In this document: in pieces, positions 13,079-25,803 of the stretch
Layout of the letters: every line of letters begins with the position of its first letter
How positions within the stretch are numbered: the first letter of the stretch is position 1
Source of the DNA: Marsupella aquatica
Taxonomy: Eukaryota > Plantae > Marchantiophyta
Assembly (NCBI GenBank): GCA_973895155.1
Contig: OZ316894.1
Coordinates: 5,294,944 to 5,358,943 of the forward strand
Length of the DNA: 64,000 nucleotides
Direction of reading: 5' to 3'
Notes under the pieces: model-generated
What the model saw: only the letters and a program-made list of their open reading frames with translations
What the model was told of the DNA's origin: nothing
Database searches by the model: none
Program-made: the position numbers and the translations under genes

Positions 13079-15750
13079 GGTCGGTATTGTGCACAGTTTA
13101 TACGACCACCGACTTAAACTCTCCTCGATCCATATTCATCAGGAGCTCCAGAGGTCTAGAGTGGAACCGACCTGAATACAAACTGAATAGTTTGCTTTGC
13201 ATAGAACGAGGGAGTGACTTCTGCAATTGGACATTCGAGACAATTTCCAACACATTGTTAGTGATCTCTGTCTCACAGCATGTGTGGAATGAAGACGACA
13301 TAATTGTTCGCACTTGCGGGAGGACGACAGGGAATGCACGATGCAGTCGAGGTGGCAAAAAGACATTACTTAAAAACAAAAGCGGCGAACGACAATGGAA
13401 TTTGATCACATCAGCTAAGGGGAATCAGCCATGGAGTGATTTGAGGTGAACGACAATGATAATTGATATCATTTGGTAAGGGGAATCAGCCATGGAATGA
13501 ATTGAGGTGGGAAATGGACCAAGACATCTGTTCTTGAGCAGTGTCTGCCTCTGTCCATCGAGCCTTTCTGAGCTCCAGTGATTCGGAGGTGAGGGTGAAG
13601 TTTTGAGATCAGGGAACGATTTATTGAGAAGGTTGATCAGTTCATTAGAAGATCGAATCTCTTTTGAAGAAGTCACTGTTCGGTCAGTTGCCTTCGGTAC
13701 TCGAGGATCAGCCGGGCTCTCAACGTACAAGTGAATAGCGTGATTAACTGAAATCTTCTGGGGACGCAGATAGATGAGCTTGCAAACTATAGCTCTTCAC
13801 GAATTGGGTCTCTAGCAGTCCAGGACATTGGTATTGAACAGGCCCAAACGAAGTGGGGAACATCATCACGCGAAAATGAACCCAAAACGCACAATTTTTG
13901 TGGCTAACAAGATCTAGAAGTATCGTGCAATACCTGATAAGCATGTTTTCTGGTTCCTCAAGCTCACGAAAAGAAATCGACCGTCCCACAGCACAGTGAA
14001 GTTGACCTTGTCAAGTCGGTTCACATCCCTTCAATATCATCTCTCGTCCGCACTGTAGAACATTTGGAAATCAGCAGAAATCACGAAAAGATAGAAGAAA
14101 CTGAAGATAATGTGATGCCGCGTTCACCTGGTGCACCGGTTCTAATCCAAGAGCCTAGCGAAAGCCTGCAGAACAATTGTGGACGGGTTTGTGATGTTTG
14201 TACGAGAACAATTCATTGGGATTGTGTGACCTTTGGCGCTCGGACCGATTGACCTGGCTTTACAGTTTACCCTTCCAATGCCCACCCTAACAAGTCAGCA
14301 CTTGAAGGAATTGTAAATTATGAATTTTCCTAGGGGCCCACCTTCCAGCGAAGGTATACCGGCCCTAATGAGGATCCCACCGGGGGACCACAGCGACTGT
14401 AAACCTGACGTGTTGAGTTTGTTCCCTTTTGCACTAGGTCGCTGTTTCATTTGAACGAAAGGAAGGTTGCCCCGGCAGCGATCGGTTTTAGTGGACGAGA
14501 GATTTTTTTACATGATGATATGAGTTGAAGTTTGTTGAACTGATGGATAATTTACAAGACCAAGCTAACTTGGAAAGTTGGTCAGTCCGGGAATTTTGCT
14601 ATTGCAACTTGGAGCTTGTTGATATCAAGAATCATCCACAACCTTGTTTTGTAGACGATTAGCAGGTTGCAAGGTGTTCAGATCCGGCCAGATCGATTTG
14701 TAGATTAAAATAGATTTCAATTGTGCAATTTTGGCGGTAAGCATTTCACACGTAGAATCAAGGCAGATGAAGGAAATCGATGAAATATTCGGTAGAGCTG
14801 ATAAAAACCCCTCCCAATTTTAAAGCAATCTGTACAAAATTAAGGAGGCATATTTGGGTTTTCTTCCGAAACTTCTCCATAGGAATACGAAATTAATGGA
14901 TGGAAATTTGCCGGGCTCCTATCTTTCCACAGCTTTGGTCAAGGAAAATTGCTGCTTGGAAATTTTGCGTGTGGAAATACAGTTTCAGAGAAGGGACAAG
15001 ATTGAATTTCAATATTTCTGTCACCCACAAATTTTGCTGCTTACCATCACCAGAATTGAGCCAGAGATATGCAGAATGTGGAATTCTGTAGATCAATTGA
15101 ACCACATATCTCCTGCCCGACTCGCATTTGAAAAGTTAGACATTGGAAAGTGACCATAGCTTGTCACTACTTGACCTCTTGCTCAAGCACGACAAAAGCA
15201 CCTAATGCTAATGCCAGTTGCTTTGGATTACATCCTGAGTGCGCTGGTGAAGGCAGAGGGGATGGGAGACTGCACCATCCACTCGGGCATTCACTCGTCG
15301 CGGAGATTGTACCAGATTTTACTTCAGCATCCTCTGCGTTAGCTCCGTCTGCCGCTTCATGAAATGCGGACACGCAATTCAAGACCTAGTGATTTGGAAA
15401 AGGAGAGACAACTCAAAATGACCTTCACTATCAGCTATGTATTGGTACTGCGATTGCCGTCATAGCCACTTTCAGATGAAATGTCCAAGGTTTTTGAGTG
15501 ATAAACTAAAGGGCAGTGTTGTACTTCGTGGCACAGAAGTAGGCGACCATTGATTGACCATAAACTTAGACTGCCACAAATGGACTCAATCTGGGGTGAA
15601 AGGAAGACCCTATCCATTTGTATCTCATCTGAGCACTGGTGGCTGCGGGAACTGGGAAACAAGTCCACCCTCGTCAACGTTGTATGCAAGGACTCAACTG
15701 CCAGAGTCCACCCTGAAAAAAATGTAATTACCATCTCCCACAGGTTGACC
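13079..15750. repeat. Segmental-duplication block A, copy 2
   Basis: Colinear with 1-2648 apart from small indels, and directly abuts the 5' region of HNL copy 1. Confidence 0.93.
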
Positions 15751-16732
15751 AAATATATTGCCCACTTTCAGATCAGCAGGAGGGCCCCGAGCCAACTGCA
15801 CCAATCGTAGAGAATTTAGATCAATCCTCAGCACCTGCAGAGTCTCGGGATACAACCCCTTCGTAACCAACATCAGCCAATTCGACTTGCAAACCACCAC
15901 GTTGACGCTGACATTCTCGAGTACGTCGTCACACGACAACCTCAGTTCCTCGGAAGTCCCTTCCTCTGTGCTCATAACCAGGTCATTGACTGCCACCATG
16001 TAGAGAACTCCATTGAGATTCGTGGCAGTGGAAGGTCCCACAGAAAAATCCCCTGAAACAGCGAAATCTTTGCTGTTCCAGGTTTCTGACTTGGAGTCAT
16101 AGATCTGCGCAAAATAGCCACTCCCACCACAGGAGAGGAGGATCAGCTTGTATGTCTCCGTAGATGGGTCTATCACCAAATTGTTGCAGCTGACATAACT
16201 AGTCCTCAGCGGACAAGCTGGCAATAGCTTCCAGGTCCGGGTCAAAACGTTGGCCACATACAGATTATGCATCCCAGTCCCCATTTCCGACCAGGGAAAC
16301 CCATACAACAGAGTTCCTTCCATTCGCCAATATGACCTGGACAGGAACTGATTCCGGCTCCCCAGGAACAAATTGTCAGGCAAGAAAGAAAGCGAGGTCA
16401 GTTTGGCCGAATTTTGAGATGCCCTGTCGTAAGCAAGGGCATTCTCCTTGCCAATGAGGACAGGGGAGAAGCTCTCCCAAACTGGCAATGAGGACAGGGG
16501 AGAAGCTCTCCCAACTGTTGGACCACTTACCCACCTGATTCTGAAATGATGCAGCAAGGGACTTCTGGGCTTCGTCAGATTGCGATGGAATGGGCGAGAA
16601 TCTGGCCAGCCATGATTTCAAGAGGCCCCGAGCTTTGAATATGTACGGGAAAGGCACCATTGTAACAATCCTTTCTACTAAGTCCCCTGGTAAGATCTGA
16701 CTCACCTCCCCCAAGTTCTCTCCCACCACCAT
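15566..16732 (-). pseudogene. F-box protein with kelch/FBA-like beta-propeller C-terminus, intronless, disrupted
   Basis: F-box motif LPGDLVERIVTMVPFPYIFKARGLLKSW, then LYVANVLTRTWKLLP, YKLIL, AQIYDSKSETW and LNGVLY. A 34-bp tandem duplication at 16452-16519 shifts the frame. TGA at 15696-15694 is CGA in the paralogue, and there is a 4-bp deletion near 15665. Confidence 0.85.
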
Positions 16733-18967
16733 TTCTGTTGCTGTGGTGCAACTGCTCACTGTTGTGTTCTTTCTAGAAGACGCAAGTATCTCAGAACGTC
16801 TGTGATCCAATCCTCTCCGTGCAGCTGCTCACTGTTGTGTTCATTCTGGAAGACGCAAGCATTTCAGAACGTTTGTAATCCAATCCTCTCCCTCCGAGGT
16901 CGGATATCCATGACGATTAAGATTGAAAACCTTCAGGAATCAACCAGGGAGTCAGGCCAGCCACAACACTAACCCACAAAACAAATGTATTTGAGATTCG
17001 TTTCTATAAAATTCATTCACTCCCAGTTCTGCAGTCAGCTGGATGCTCTCCACAGCTCGGCATGGAAACCAGAAATGTAAGTGGCTGGGAGACAACGCAG
17101 AACTCGTATACTAGACTGAAAGGGAACCACTTTTGTTCCGCTAATTTCCCCATGGATTTCGTTGTAAGAGGTGGAGTAGACTAATCCACGAGAATTCCAG
17201 ACATGAGATTTCATGAGCGCTCCCAGCCACCTGTTCATCAGGACGGTGTGAGATCGCTTGCACAGATTTGGAGATTTGGGATGTTCAGTGAGAGGATGGC
17301 ATCACTGAGTGACAACATTCCATCATGCAGCTTCGATTGAGAGAACTACTCAATTTTTCGTACAATTAACATACTTCCACGGCGTCATTTGAGATCAGTT
17401 ACCTTTAAAATCAGAGGCCCAGGTGGGGCCTAATTCAAAGATCAATCGCATGATGGGGACCTCAAATCCATTTAGTGCATGACAGCCAAAGCTTTGAGAA
17501 GAGGTGAACGCACATTGCTCCTCCCTGGGAAGGTCTTTGCGAAACATGGTTGAGTGCAATTGATTGGTTTTACAACAAGATCTGTCTACCTTGACAAGAC
17601 CTGTCATTAGAAGAGACTGGTGCGCTAACAACTTCATCACGCGCAGCAGTCTAGACCCGTGAACAAAAATCTTCAGTTCAAGCAAAGACGAAGCTTCGGA
17701 TAGATTATGGAATACCTGATTGGTGCCTACTTTGATACTCCTAGATGACGATCAATCACCAATCCCGCCATGGCATACTGAACTTGACCGTGAAGAAGCC
17801 TTGCACTCTCACTTCATACCGTCAGACCTCCACACCATAGACCATTGAGAAATCAAGGAGACGAAGATGGATCACTGCCGGACGAGAGAAAGCATTGAGG
17901 TGCTGTTGTCACCGTAGATGTTCAGCTGAGGGCGCAGCGAGAGCCTGCAGAAGACCTCTAGAGGACAAAAGTGTGGACCTCTGATATTCTCATCAACCAT
18001 TTGTTTAACACCTTGGCATACCTTATTGGCGCTCGCCGAGCACATCGACGTATATTATTGAAGATTCTGATTGGTCCATTGGTAAAAATATTCGGGAATT
18101 CTCTAAACTCCATTGTTGAGGAGTATCTGAAGGACATATGAAAATTAAGGCATTGCCGGCTTTCCACTCTGGTGAGCACCCCTAAAAATTTCTTCCACTC
18201 TCCAGGAGAGCCACGGCGGGGCTAATTTAGCACATGTTGTGTACATTATCCTCTAACTAAAGGACCTCTTTCGCCCTTGTTTGGGACCAGCTCTCAACTT
18301 TTCACTTAATTTGCTTTCGTGCTTATTTGCGATGCGGTGAGGTAGACTCAGGAATTGAGGGATGAGGGATGTCGAAGATCGTATCACCTGAAGAACAATG
18401 GGCGTCCAGCCAACGAAGGTGTAGTGTCTGCTATTCAACAAGTACATGGAACAAGGTCCTGCCCAGGCTTCTCCTGCCAACGGGCTTGACGTATGCATGG
18501 CGTCAGCCCTTCCGGAAGCAAACCAATATTGAGCTTCTTCAAATTCACCAAGCAGGTTCATACCGCCATAGCCTGCAGGCATCCATGTGGCATTGCACAT
18601 CGTCAATTGAATCTTTGCGCTAGCCACTCTACCGGACGCCGAGATCTTAATTTCTGTTCCGATCGATCAATCGGCTCACAGATGAAACCATCGCGATCAC
18701 TTCGTCATAGCTATGTTGAATAACAAAAGAGACAGCGCTACCATTATCAAATTTCATGAGGGCTTTCTCACTCGGCATCTAAGTTCTAAGTAAGCTTCAG
18801 GGAGTGTCCAATCTACTCTTTGAATCAATAGCTCCGATCCGTCTGCTGGCGATGACTGAGAATCTACTTGGCTCGCCCTTGCTCGAGCTGTGGACAAGCA
18901 AGGAAGAGCTAGCTCATTGACGAACTCACTTGGACATGATCCCAGAGCAGATGTTGCCAGGGGATTG

Positions 18968-19059
18968 TGGGGAGAGCTGTGGCAGGAAGGGTTTTAGGTT
19001 TTCTCAAGGTTGGTGGGGAGAGCTGTGGCAGGAAGGGTTTTAGGTTTTCTCAAGGTTGG
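18968..19059. repeat. 46-bp tandem duplication
   Basis: tggggagagctgtggcaggaagggttttaggttttctcaaggttgg occurs twice in tandem. Confidence 0.9.
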
Positions 19060-22000
19060 TGGTGAGTTTCTGGGCCAAATTCATGGAGGCCTCTGTTCTC
19101 ATGGTGGTTGTTAGTAACCCACCTAGCCTGTGTTGTTCTCATGGTGGTTTGTTAGTATCCCACCTAGCTTGTGTTGTCAATAGTAACTGATGTTGAGCAG
19201 AAGTGCTCTTGGGGGGAAGTGAGATGGCCAGGCAATTGCATACTGCGGGGAGTTGGCAAGTCAGTCAATTAGTTGGATTTCAATTAGTGTGCAAGTTGAG
19301 GGGAAAGTGATGGGTTGGACATGGAAAAGGTGCACCCTACAGTGGCCTGTGAAGTTGCCGCTCATAGTTAGGAAAAGATGTCCTATGAAGGTACTTCTCA
19401 TGGTTAGTAAAAGATGTCAAAGTAATGCAACCTCACCTTAATCGAACTGCCAAGGATGCATGACATTTTGTAAAGCACACTATGAGAAAGAAATAGTAGG
19501 ATTGCACATTATAGTGTTTAGGAAGATACAATATCATATACTCTGAGTCCCTTCAATTTTCAGGCACTTTCATCAGTTCCCTATCAGTCAATTTATCATT
19601 CACTCCCATCAGAGGTCTTGCTTGTTTAGAAAACTCTATCAGGCAGTCCCTTAGGCAAATTTCTTCTCCGCTGATCTTGCTGAATGGCCTTTTCTTTCAG
19701 TAGTCTTGCCATGGAGGAAAATTCCACTCAGCTGATCTGGCCGACTCATTGTTTTGCTTGGCGGCCTCAATGACTGGACATTTTTAGGGGAAAGAATCCA
19801 CTTGTCCAAACTTCACTCCTTCAACTCGATAGCCCCGCTCAGGAGGACGGATCTTTACAAAAAGCACTGATGGAGAGACTGATACCTGATACCAACTACT
19901 GATAACCTAATGGGGTTATGACACTCGGTGTCATGTTAGTTGCATTGCTTGGTCTGGGAGTAAGGACGAGTGGAAAGGTAGCTGAACACCTGAGTCACAA
20001 GTATGACCTATTGATCACTCAACCTGGCAATTAAAGATTTGCTCTGGAGTCAAGCTATGAAGCTACAAAGTACTCTGTAGGTAATGTTTTGCGTGTTAAG
20101 TTGAAGTAACAGGTATGCCCTTTTGAGAGGTTTGGAAAATCCTCCCCATTTGTTGAGAAGAAATGAGCTGCCTCTAATATATCTTTTCAAGTTAGCAAAA
20201 CCCTTGAAGGAGGCCTTGCTATGTGCATGGTTAACCAATTTCAGAGGAGAAGCAAAGTGAGATCTTACCAGGGTATTTTCTAGGGTGTTTTTGTTGATTT
20301 GCCTAGGCAGTGAATGTTACCATGTGTCAAGGAGGAGATGCTACAAAATTCATGTGTCCATCCAAGTACCATTGTCAAACATTTTTGTCCGTCCCGCTTC
20401 CACTTCCAATAAATGTTTTATTGATCTTTTTCATGGTTTCTTTCCTTTCTTTACTATCCTATATATCCCCCACACTAGTGGAAATTACTAATCTGCCCCC
20501 AAAACTAAACTAATTATCAGATTGCCCCCATTTCGTGTACCGGCTGGCTTAGCTCGACTATACTGACCCAAGATTACTGGCATGCCAATGGGTTGCGCCC
20601 CACTTAAACGGCTGGAGGGGGTTAGCTTGGACAAATTATGTGCCTCAAACTATGAGCCTCCGTCCACTTGTCCCCAGACAAAATACGTGGCATCTTGGGC
20701 TTGTCTAGTCTGGTTGAGCCAAACCACATACAAAATGGGGGCATCCTGGTGATGCATTAGTTTTGGAGGCAGGTTATTAAATCTTCATATTTTCATTTGA
20801 GTTCAAACTCAATTACCTACTGTCTTCCGGGGTCATTCAAGGGGGCATTCTCTTCATATAGAAAGTCTGGACCTTCAATTTGAGTTTCAACAATAAATAT
20901 TGTAACATTTTTCTGTTGTAGGTCAAACTGACCTACCAACTTCCCCTGAACAGGTGGCCCAGGCCTTGTATTCGAATAGTGCATGAGGGGGGAGTTCTAC
21001 TGAAATCAAAAGCCCAATGGTAGACCTTCTATTTGCCTTTTTCAAACCATAAGTTCTGGCAAGAATCATATAGAGCCCTGTTTGAAACATGGCTTAGAAC
21101 TTTTCTAATGGAGACAAGGCCAAGTTTGTCTCACTACATTGAAGGAAAAGATTGCATGTGCAAACATAACAACAAAAATTCAATTCACTTCATATACCAG
21201 GCCTATCTTCCAACACAAAGTCCAGGTGTTCTATTACAGGATAGCCTCATGTTTTAAGAGATAACACTTTTTGTCGGACTCCATGTTTCTGTAATTTTTC
21301 AACTCTACAATGCATGTTAACTTCAAATCCTCATTTCCATCAATTTTGGGAAAGAGGGACTTAACCAGGTCCCTCCTGCGTCCGAATTTGAGGTTTTATA
21401 TGAAAAATTTGTATAAGAGATTGGAGATTCAAATCTCAAAAAGCTTGATAACCTATTGGAATTGTTAAATTCCATAGAAAAGGGATCACAAACACATTGA
21501 GTTGAATAAATGCTTTTTTGTAAATAGTCATTTTAATTTGAGCAGGTGTTGATTCTAAATCTAGTTTTGTGAATTTTATGCTAAATTCTTAAGGTCTTAA
21601 AACATGAGGCTATCCTGCCTCATGTTTTAAGAGATAACACTTTTTGTTGGACTCGGTGTTTCTTCAATTTTTCAACTCTACAATGCATGTTACAATCTAA
21701 CAGTTTGAAATCCTCATTTCCATCAATTTTGGGAAAGATGGACTTAACCAAGTCCCTCCTGTGTCTTGTGGACTAGATGGGCACCATAGATGGATTTTAG
21801 ACTTAACCAGCCAGTGGAATGTCCATAGTAGTTGAGATGTGGTTACACCCCTCACTTGAACGCAGTCAACACCAGGTTCTTCTCCACTACGCAGGGTGCG
21901 ACCACTTGACTCAGAGCACAACCCTTCTTTGGGAAGACTTAATATTTTACTGGTTACAAAATGACCCCTATTGGAGCTGAGAATTGCTTGGTGTGATCTA

Positions 22001-22065
22001 TGAAGTTCAAGCTACTTAACAAAAAACGTTTTGTACATTTCCAACACTCAATCCTATATACTCAA
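19052..22065. repeat. Segmental-duplication block B, copy 2
   Basis: Colinear with 2649-5200, with replaced or inserted segments at ~20250-20790 and ~21380-21720. Confidence 0.88.
20480..20786. mobile_element. Degenerate MITE/foldback element with ~95-bp imperfect TIRs (Mutator-like)
   Basis: Left ctgcccccaaaactaa...tgcccccattt...cccaagat pairs with right atcttggg...aaatgggggca...ttagttttggaggcag. The segment is absent from the paralogous block. No TSD seen. Confidence 0.65.
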
Positions 22066-22530
22066 AATCATGCCTAATCTGGCTTCGTAGTGCATAATTA
22101 TGTAGGACTCCACATAGCCAGCCAGTTTGCTAAGAGCATCCCCACCGGACGCGGCAAATACGGGGGAAAATAGCTGCCCGGTGAGGGTTTTACGGCAGGG
22201 AAGACTGTGGGGGGATATCTTCATCCCCACTGGGACACAATATTTTTAAAAACACCATCCCGTCTCGCCAAAATAGACCTCCCGCGCAGCATTCTGCCGC
22301 GCACTACCCCTGCCCACTCAAACACTCCATTTGAATCGCACGAAGGAGAGTCGTGAATCTGGGAAGAAATGGACGGCTCTGTCTTCACTAGGGGGGCGCC
22401 ATCCTTGTGGTGGAACTGGAGGACTATTGACAGACTGGTGGAACTGTGTTGCTACAGGTACGTGTGTTGTGCAGAAATTGCACAATAGAGAGCCTGCGGC
22501 ACGTTCCCCTCGTGACCAGAGATAGCAACA

Positions 22531-23734
22531 ATGGCAGACACAACCAAAGCAAGAGGCAGAATTTCTCATCTGCAGAGTTGAAGCAGTTGGTTTGTTCGTG
22601 GATGCATGTCTTGCAAGACCCAATCATCGGATCTGGGCAAAAGAATGATGCATTTTGGGATCGAACTACAATCCACTACAACGACAATCGACCCAAGGAC
22701 ACACAGAAGAGGAACTGTCCATCTCTGGGGAGCAAGTGGAGCGACTTGAAACACGACGTTGCCAAGTTTTAAGGGTCGTATGCATCTGTAGTTGATGCTC
22801 GTCATTCCGGTGAGAACAAGGAAGATACTGTGGCCAGGGCAAAGGAGTTGTATGTGACAAAGCATCCGAAGGCAAAGGATTTCAGCTACCTTGACCAGTG
22901 GTATTTGTTGAAAGATTGTCCTAGATTTGCAATGACTATGGATGACATGCAGCAAAAAGTTGCACAAAAGAAGGCTAGGAAGTAGAAGGGAAAGGGAAAG
23001 GGCTTCCCTGATGACAAAGAGAATGAGTCTCCAGATGCAGAGTGTGGTGGACAGCAGGTTGAGAATGAGCAAGGCCAAAGGCAGAGCACTGGAGAGCTTG
23101 ATCAAGAGAGTACCCATTTTGGTGAGTTGAGGCCACTAGGGAATAAGAATGCAAAGAAGCAGAAAGTTGATGAATGCAACTCAAGAATGGCAGCCTATGC
23201 ACAAAGAGAATGGCAGAAATAAGTGCTAGGCGATTGAAGCTTGCAAAATCGCAAGACAGGCAAAATTTATTCACACTCAGGCTTTGTGACATTGATGAGG
23301 ACTGCCGAGACTACTTCATCAAGAGTAGATAGAAGGAAATGAGAATTGCCATGTTGAAGCTGCAGAGGGAGGAGGAGGAAGAAGAGAGAGCTGCAGCTCG
23401 AGCTCTTAAGGTTGCTTCTAGGCGAGCTGCAACCCGAACCCCTATACCAACTCCGGTTGCAGCACCTCATTCCCCCCAGGTGATGTTGGTGCAGATAATG
23501 CCCCTCAAGAGAGTGCACCTGAAAATGTACAAGGGCACAACATTCCCACGAGGATACCTACAGAGAATTTGGTTATATAACTATGGCAACCCACCTCTGA
23601 ATTTCAGTATCTGGAATTCATTCCATGGTGCAACACCATATGTACCTTATACCCCATCAACAAATCCACAGGCTTACTATGGATTTAGATCTATGCTTGC
23701 AGAAATTGACCGTGACCTAGCACAAAATCCGTAG
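22531..23734 (+). pseudogene. Harbinger DNA-binding protein (Myb/SANT-like, NAM-associated-like), disrupted
   Basis: MADTTKARG (frameshift) QNFSSAELKQLVCSWMHVLQDPIIGSGQKNDAFWDR...SLGSKWSDLKHDVAKF*GSY...AKELY...FSYLDQWYLLKDCPRF is typical of PIF ORF1. Contains stops and frameshifts, and the 3' end is approximate. Confidence 0.82.
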
Positions 23735-24475
23735 TCCCTTTGGCTGAACCTATAGCACAATTTTTAATTGCCTCTTGAGATTGAGGATGTGCAATTGAGA
23801 ATGAGTTCCACATTTTAATTTTGCGTACTCAATTAGACTTGGATGTCCATATGCAAGTATCCAATTGCAATGATCTAATTTGAGTTTGTACATCATTATA
23901 ATTGCATCTTTTTTGACTCAATCATGAATTCAGTTGGTATTATTTTTTACAAAATTCCAGTTGTGATCACAAGCAATGGCATTTCAAATATGCACCATTG
24001 TATCACCTGCGCTAGTACAGACAAGTCACTTTGGTAATACCCAATACTGTGTATGTTTTCGGGGCATTTAATGAGTAGAGGCAAGTCACATCAGGAGAGA
24101 CTATCTCGTGTGTGTACATTCAGAGCACCTTCAGAAGCCACGAGTCTGGGCATTGGAATTGTGAAGGTCCTTTTTGTGCATTCATTGGCACAACTGTGAA
24201 CCTGCCTAGCACAAAGTTCTTTGTTATGGGCCGTGGCAGATTTGCCCTAGAAATGCTTCGGGAGCTGAGTCGTCTCTCTCATTCTTCCTACGAGTTCTTC
24301 CTTGCTGTGCAGTCAGGCTGTCTTTTCCATCGAGCTTTGTTGTGCACAATATGCATTTGCGGGGCTGGGCAATCAAGGTCAACTTTTCAATCTGAAAAAT
24401 GCCTCTGAAGCGAAGTGACAATGGCCAAAAAGGTCCTCACCATGGCTCCTTCTTGTGAACTTCTGCAGGCAACCC

Positions 24476-24799
24476 ATGAGCAGCAACAACAGGACCCCTC
24501 CTCCGCCGATGGGATTGAACATCATGCCGGTTCTGGTTGATTCTCCAGAGGAGCCTTTTCCTGATGAGGACCCGGTTGCGCTTGATCATGAGCAAAGAAG
24601 AGTGGGTAGGATCATGCGAATGATCCAGCACCTGGAAGAGGAAGAGGCTGGAGCAGCACGGAAGAAGAAGAGGGAAGCTCGACTGAAGAGAATTGAGAAG
24701 AGCCAGGAGAGGCGAGCAGAAAAGGCCAGGGAAGAGGAGATTGAGCATGACAGTGAGGGCAGTGATGGGGATGGCAGTCTAATTGATGGAGTTCGCTGA
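24476..24799 (+). CDS. Small charged/coiled-coil ORF inside the Harbinger element, function unknown
   Basis: Open frame MSSNNRTPPPPMG...EEEEAGAARKKKREARLKRIEK...DGVR*, purine-rich and coding-like, preceded by a ctgcag acceptor-like site. Confidence 0.35.
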   Translation: MSSNNRTPPPPMGLNIMPVLVDSPEEPFPDEDPVALDHEQRRVGRIMRMIQHLEEEEAGAARKKKREARLKRIEKSQERRAEKAREEEIEHDSEGSDGDGSLIDGVR

Positions 24800-25286
24800 C
24801 AGTATCCCCCACCTTAAGAGCTTCGAAGGGAAATCTCACATTGAAGAGATTCTTATTAGGTTTTGAATTAGCAGCGCAACGTCGAAGGGCAAGAGAAAGT
24901 TGTAGTTGCACATCAACTTTGCAATAGTTGAGGCTCCACTTCAGGTTTAGGTAGTGCCATCAAATCAACATAGGCAGTCACAATAGGTGACTTATTACTT
25001 AAATGTATTGCACTTCAGCAAAGGGTTTTTCTACCTACCTGAATACGGCATTCGTGAGAGCATTTTCACACTCTGCTCCACTTTTGTACATTTTGAGAAA
25101 GATGAATGATAGCACACACTTTTCTGTATATGATGAGTAACTATTGCCTTCACGTTTTGGCCAGAGTGCCCCTCTCGAGATTGGATGCAAATAGATTTTC
25201 AATTGCAATTGCAAGACAGATGTGATGCCATCAAATCACATTTTATTATAGACAAAGCAGACTCTGAACAATGAATAAACTAGGTA

Positions 25287-25446
25287 TCACAAGTCCTGAT
25301 TTCCCACATAGTCAAAACGGTGGCCTTGTCCTTTCAGGGACCAAAGGTGTGATACCAGGTCATTTCTCAACGAAAAATGAGTTTCAGCATCTTCAATGGC
25401 TCGTGTAGTAGCCAAGTATTCCGCCCAATTCTGCCTACCAAGGTCT
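25287..25446 (-). pseudogene. C-terminal piece of the Harbinger transposase, separated by the copia insertion
   Basis: Removing the copia element joins ...RAQTGKD to LGRQNWAEYLATTRAIEDAETHFSLRNDLVSHLWSLKG...QDL* in frame. H..LR.DLV.HLW is the usual plant PIF transposase C-terminal motif. Confidence 0.88.
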
Positions 25447-25789
25447 TGTTAGGTATTTACTCAAGGTCTAGGGTTATGACATGTAACCATAGTTAGACTA
25501 ACCGTAGTCGGAGACGTGGTTAGGTTAACTAGGATGCACACTATATGCCAAGCGGTGTTTGCTTGGATAAGTGGAACTTAGGCTCATTGTTATGGAGCCA
25601 CTTGAGAGATGAGGAGAGCTTACACTGTGGAGACTTGGTATGACCGACGGGCTTAGAGTTCAGTAAAGCTCTCTTGTGTGTTCCCGTGGACGTAGCCTCG
25701 AGGAGGTGAAACACATATCTCTTGTGTCGACTACTTGCGCGTTGAATGTGTCATGTGCTTATCGTTACGAGTGTCGTCTATGCTCAACA
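25447..25789 (+). repeat. copia 5' LTR
   Basis: tgttaggtat...tgctcaaca. About 10 substitutions relative to the 3' LTR by manual count. Confidence 0.96.
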
Positions 25790-25791
25790 AT

Positions 25792-25803
25792 TGGTATCAG
25801 AGC
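25792..25803 (+). promoter_or_regulatory. copia primer-binding site (tRNA-iMet)
   Basis: tggtatcagagc 2 nt after the 5' LTR, the canonical plant iMet PBS. Confidence 0.95.
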
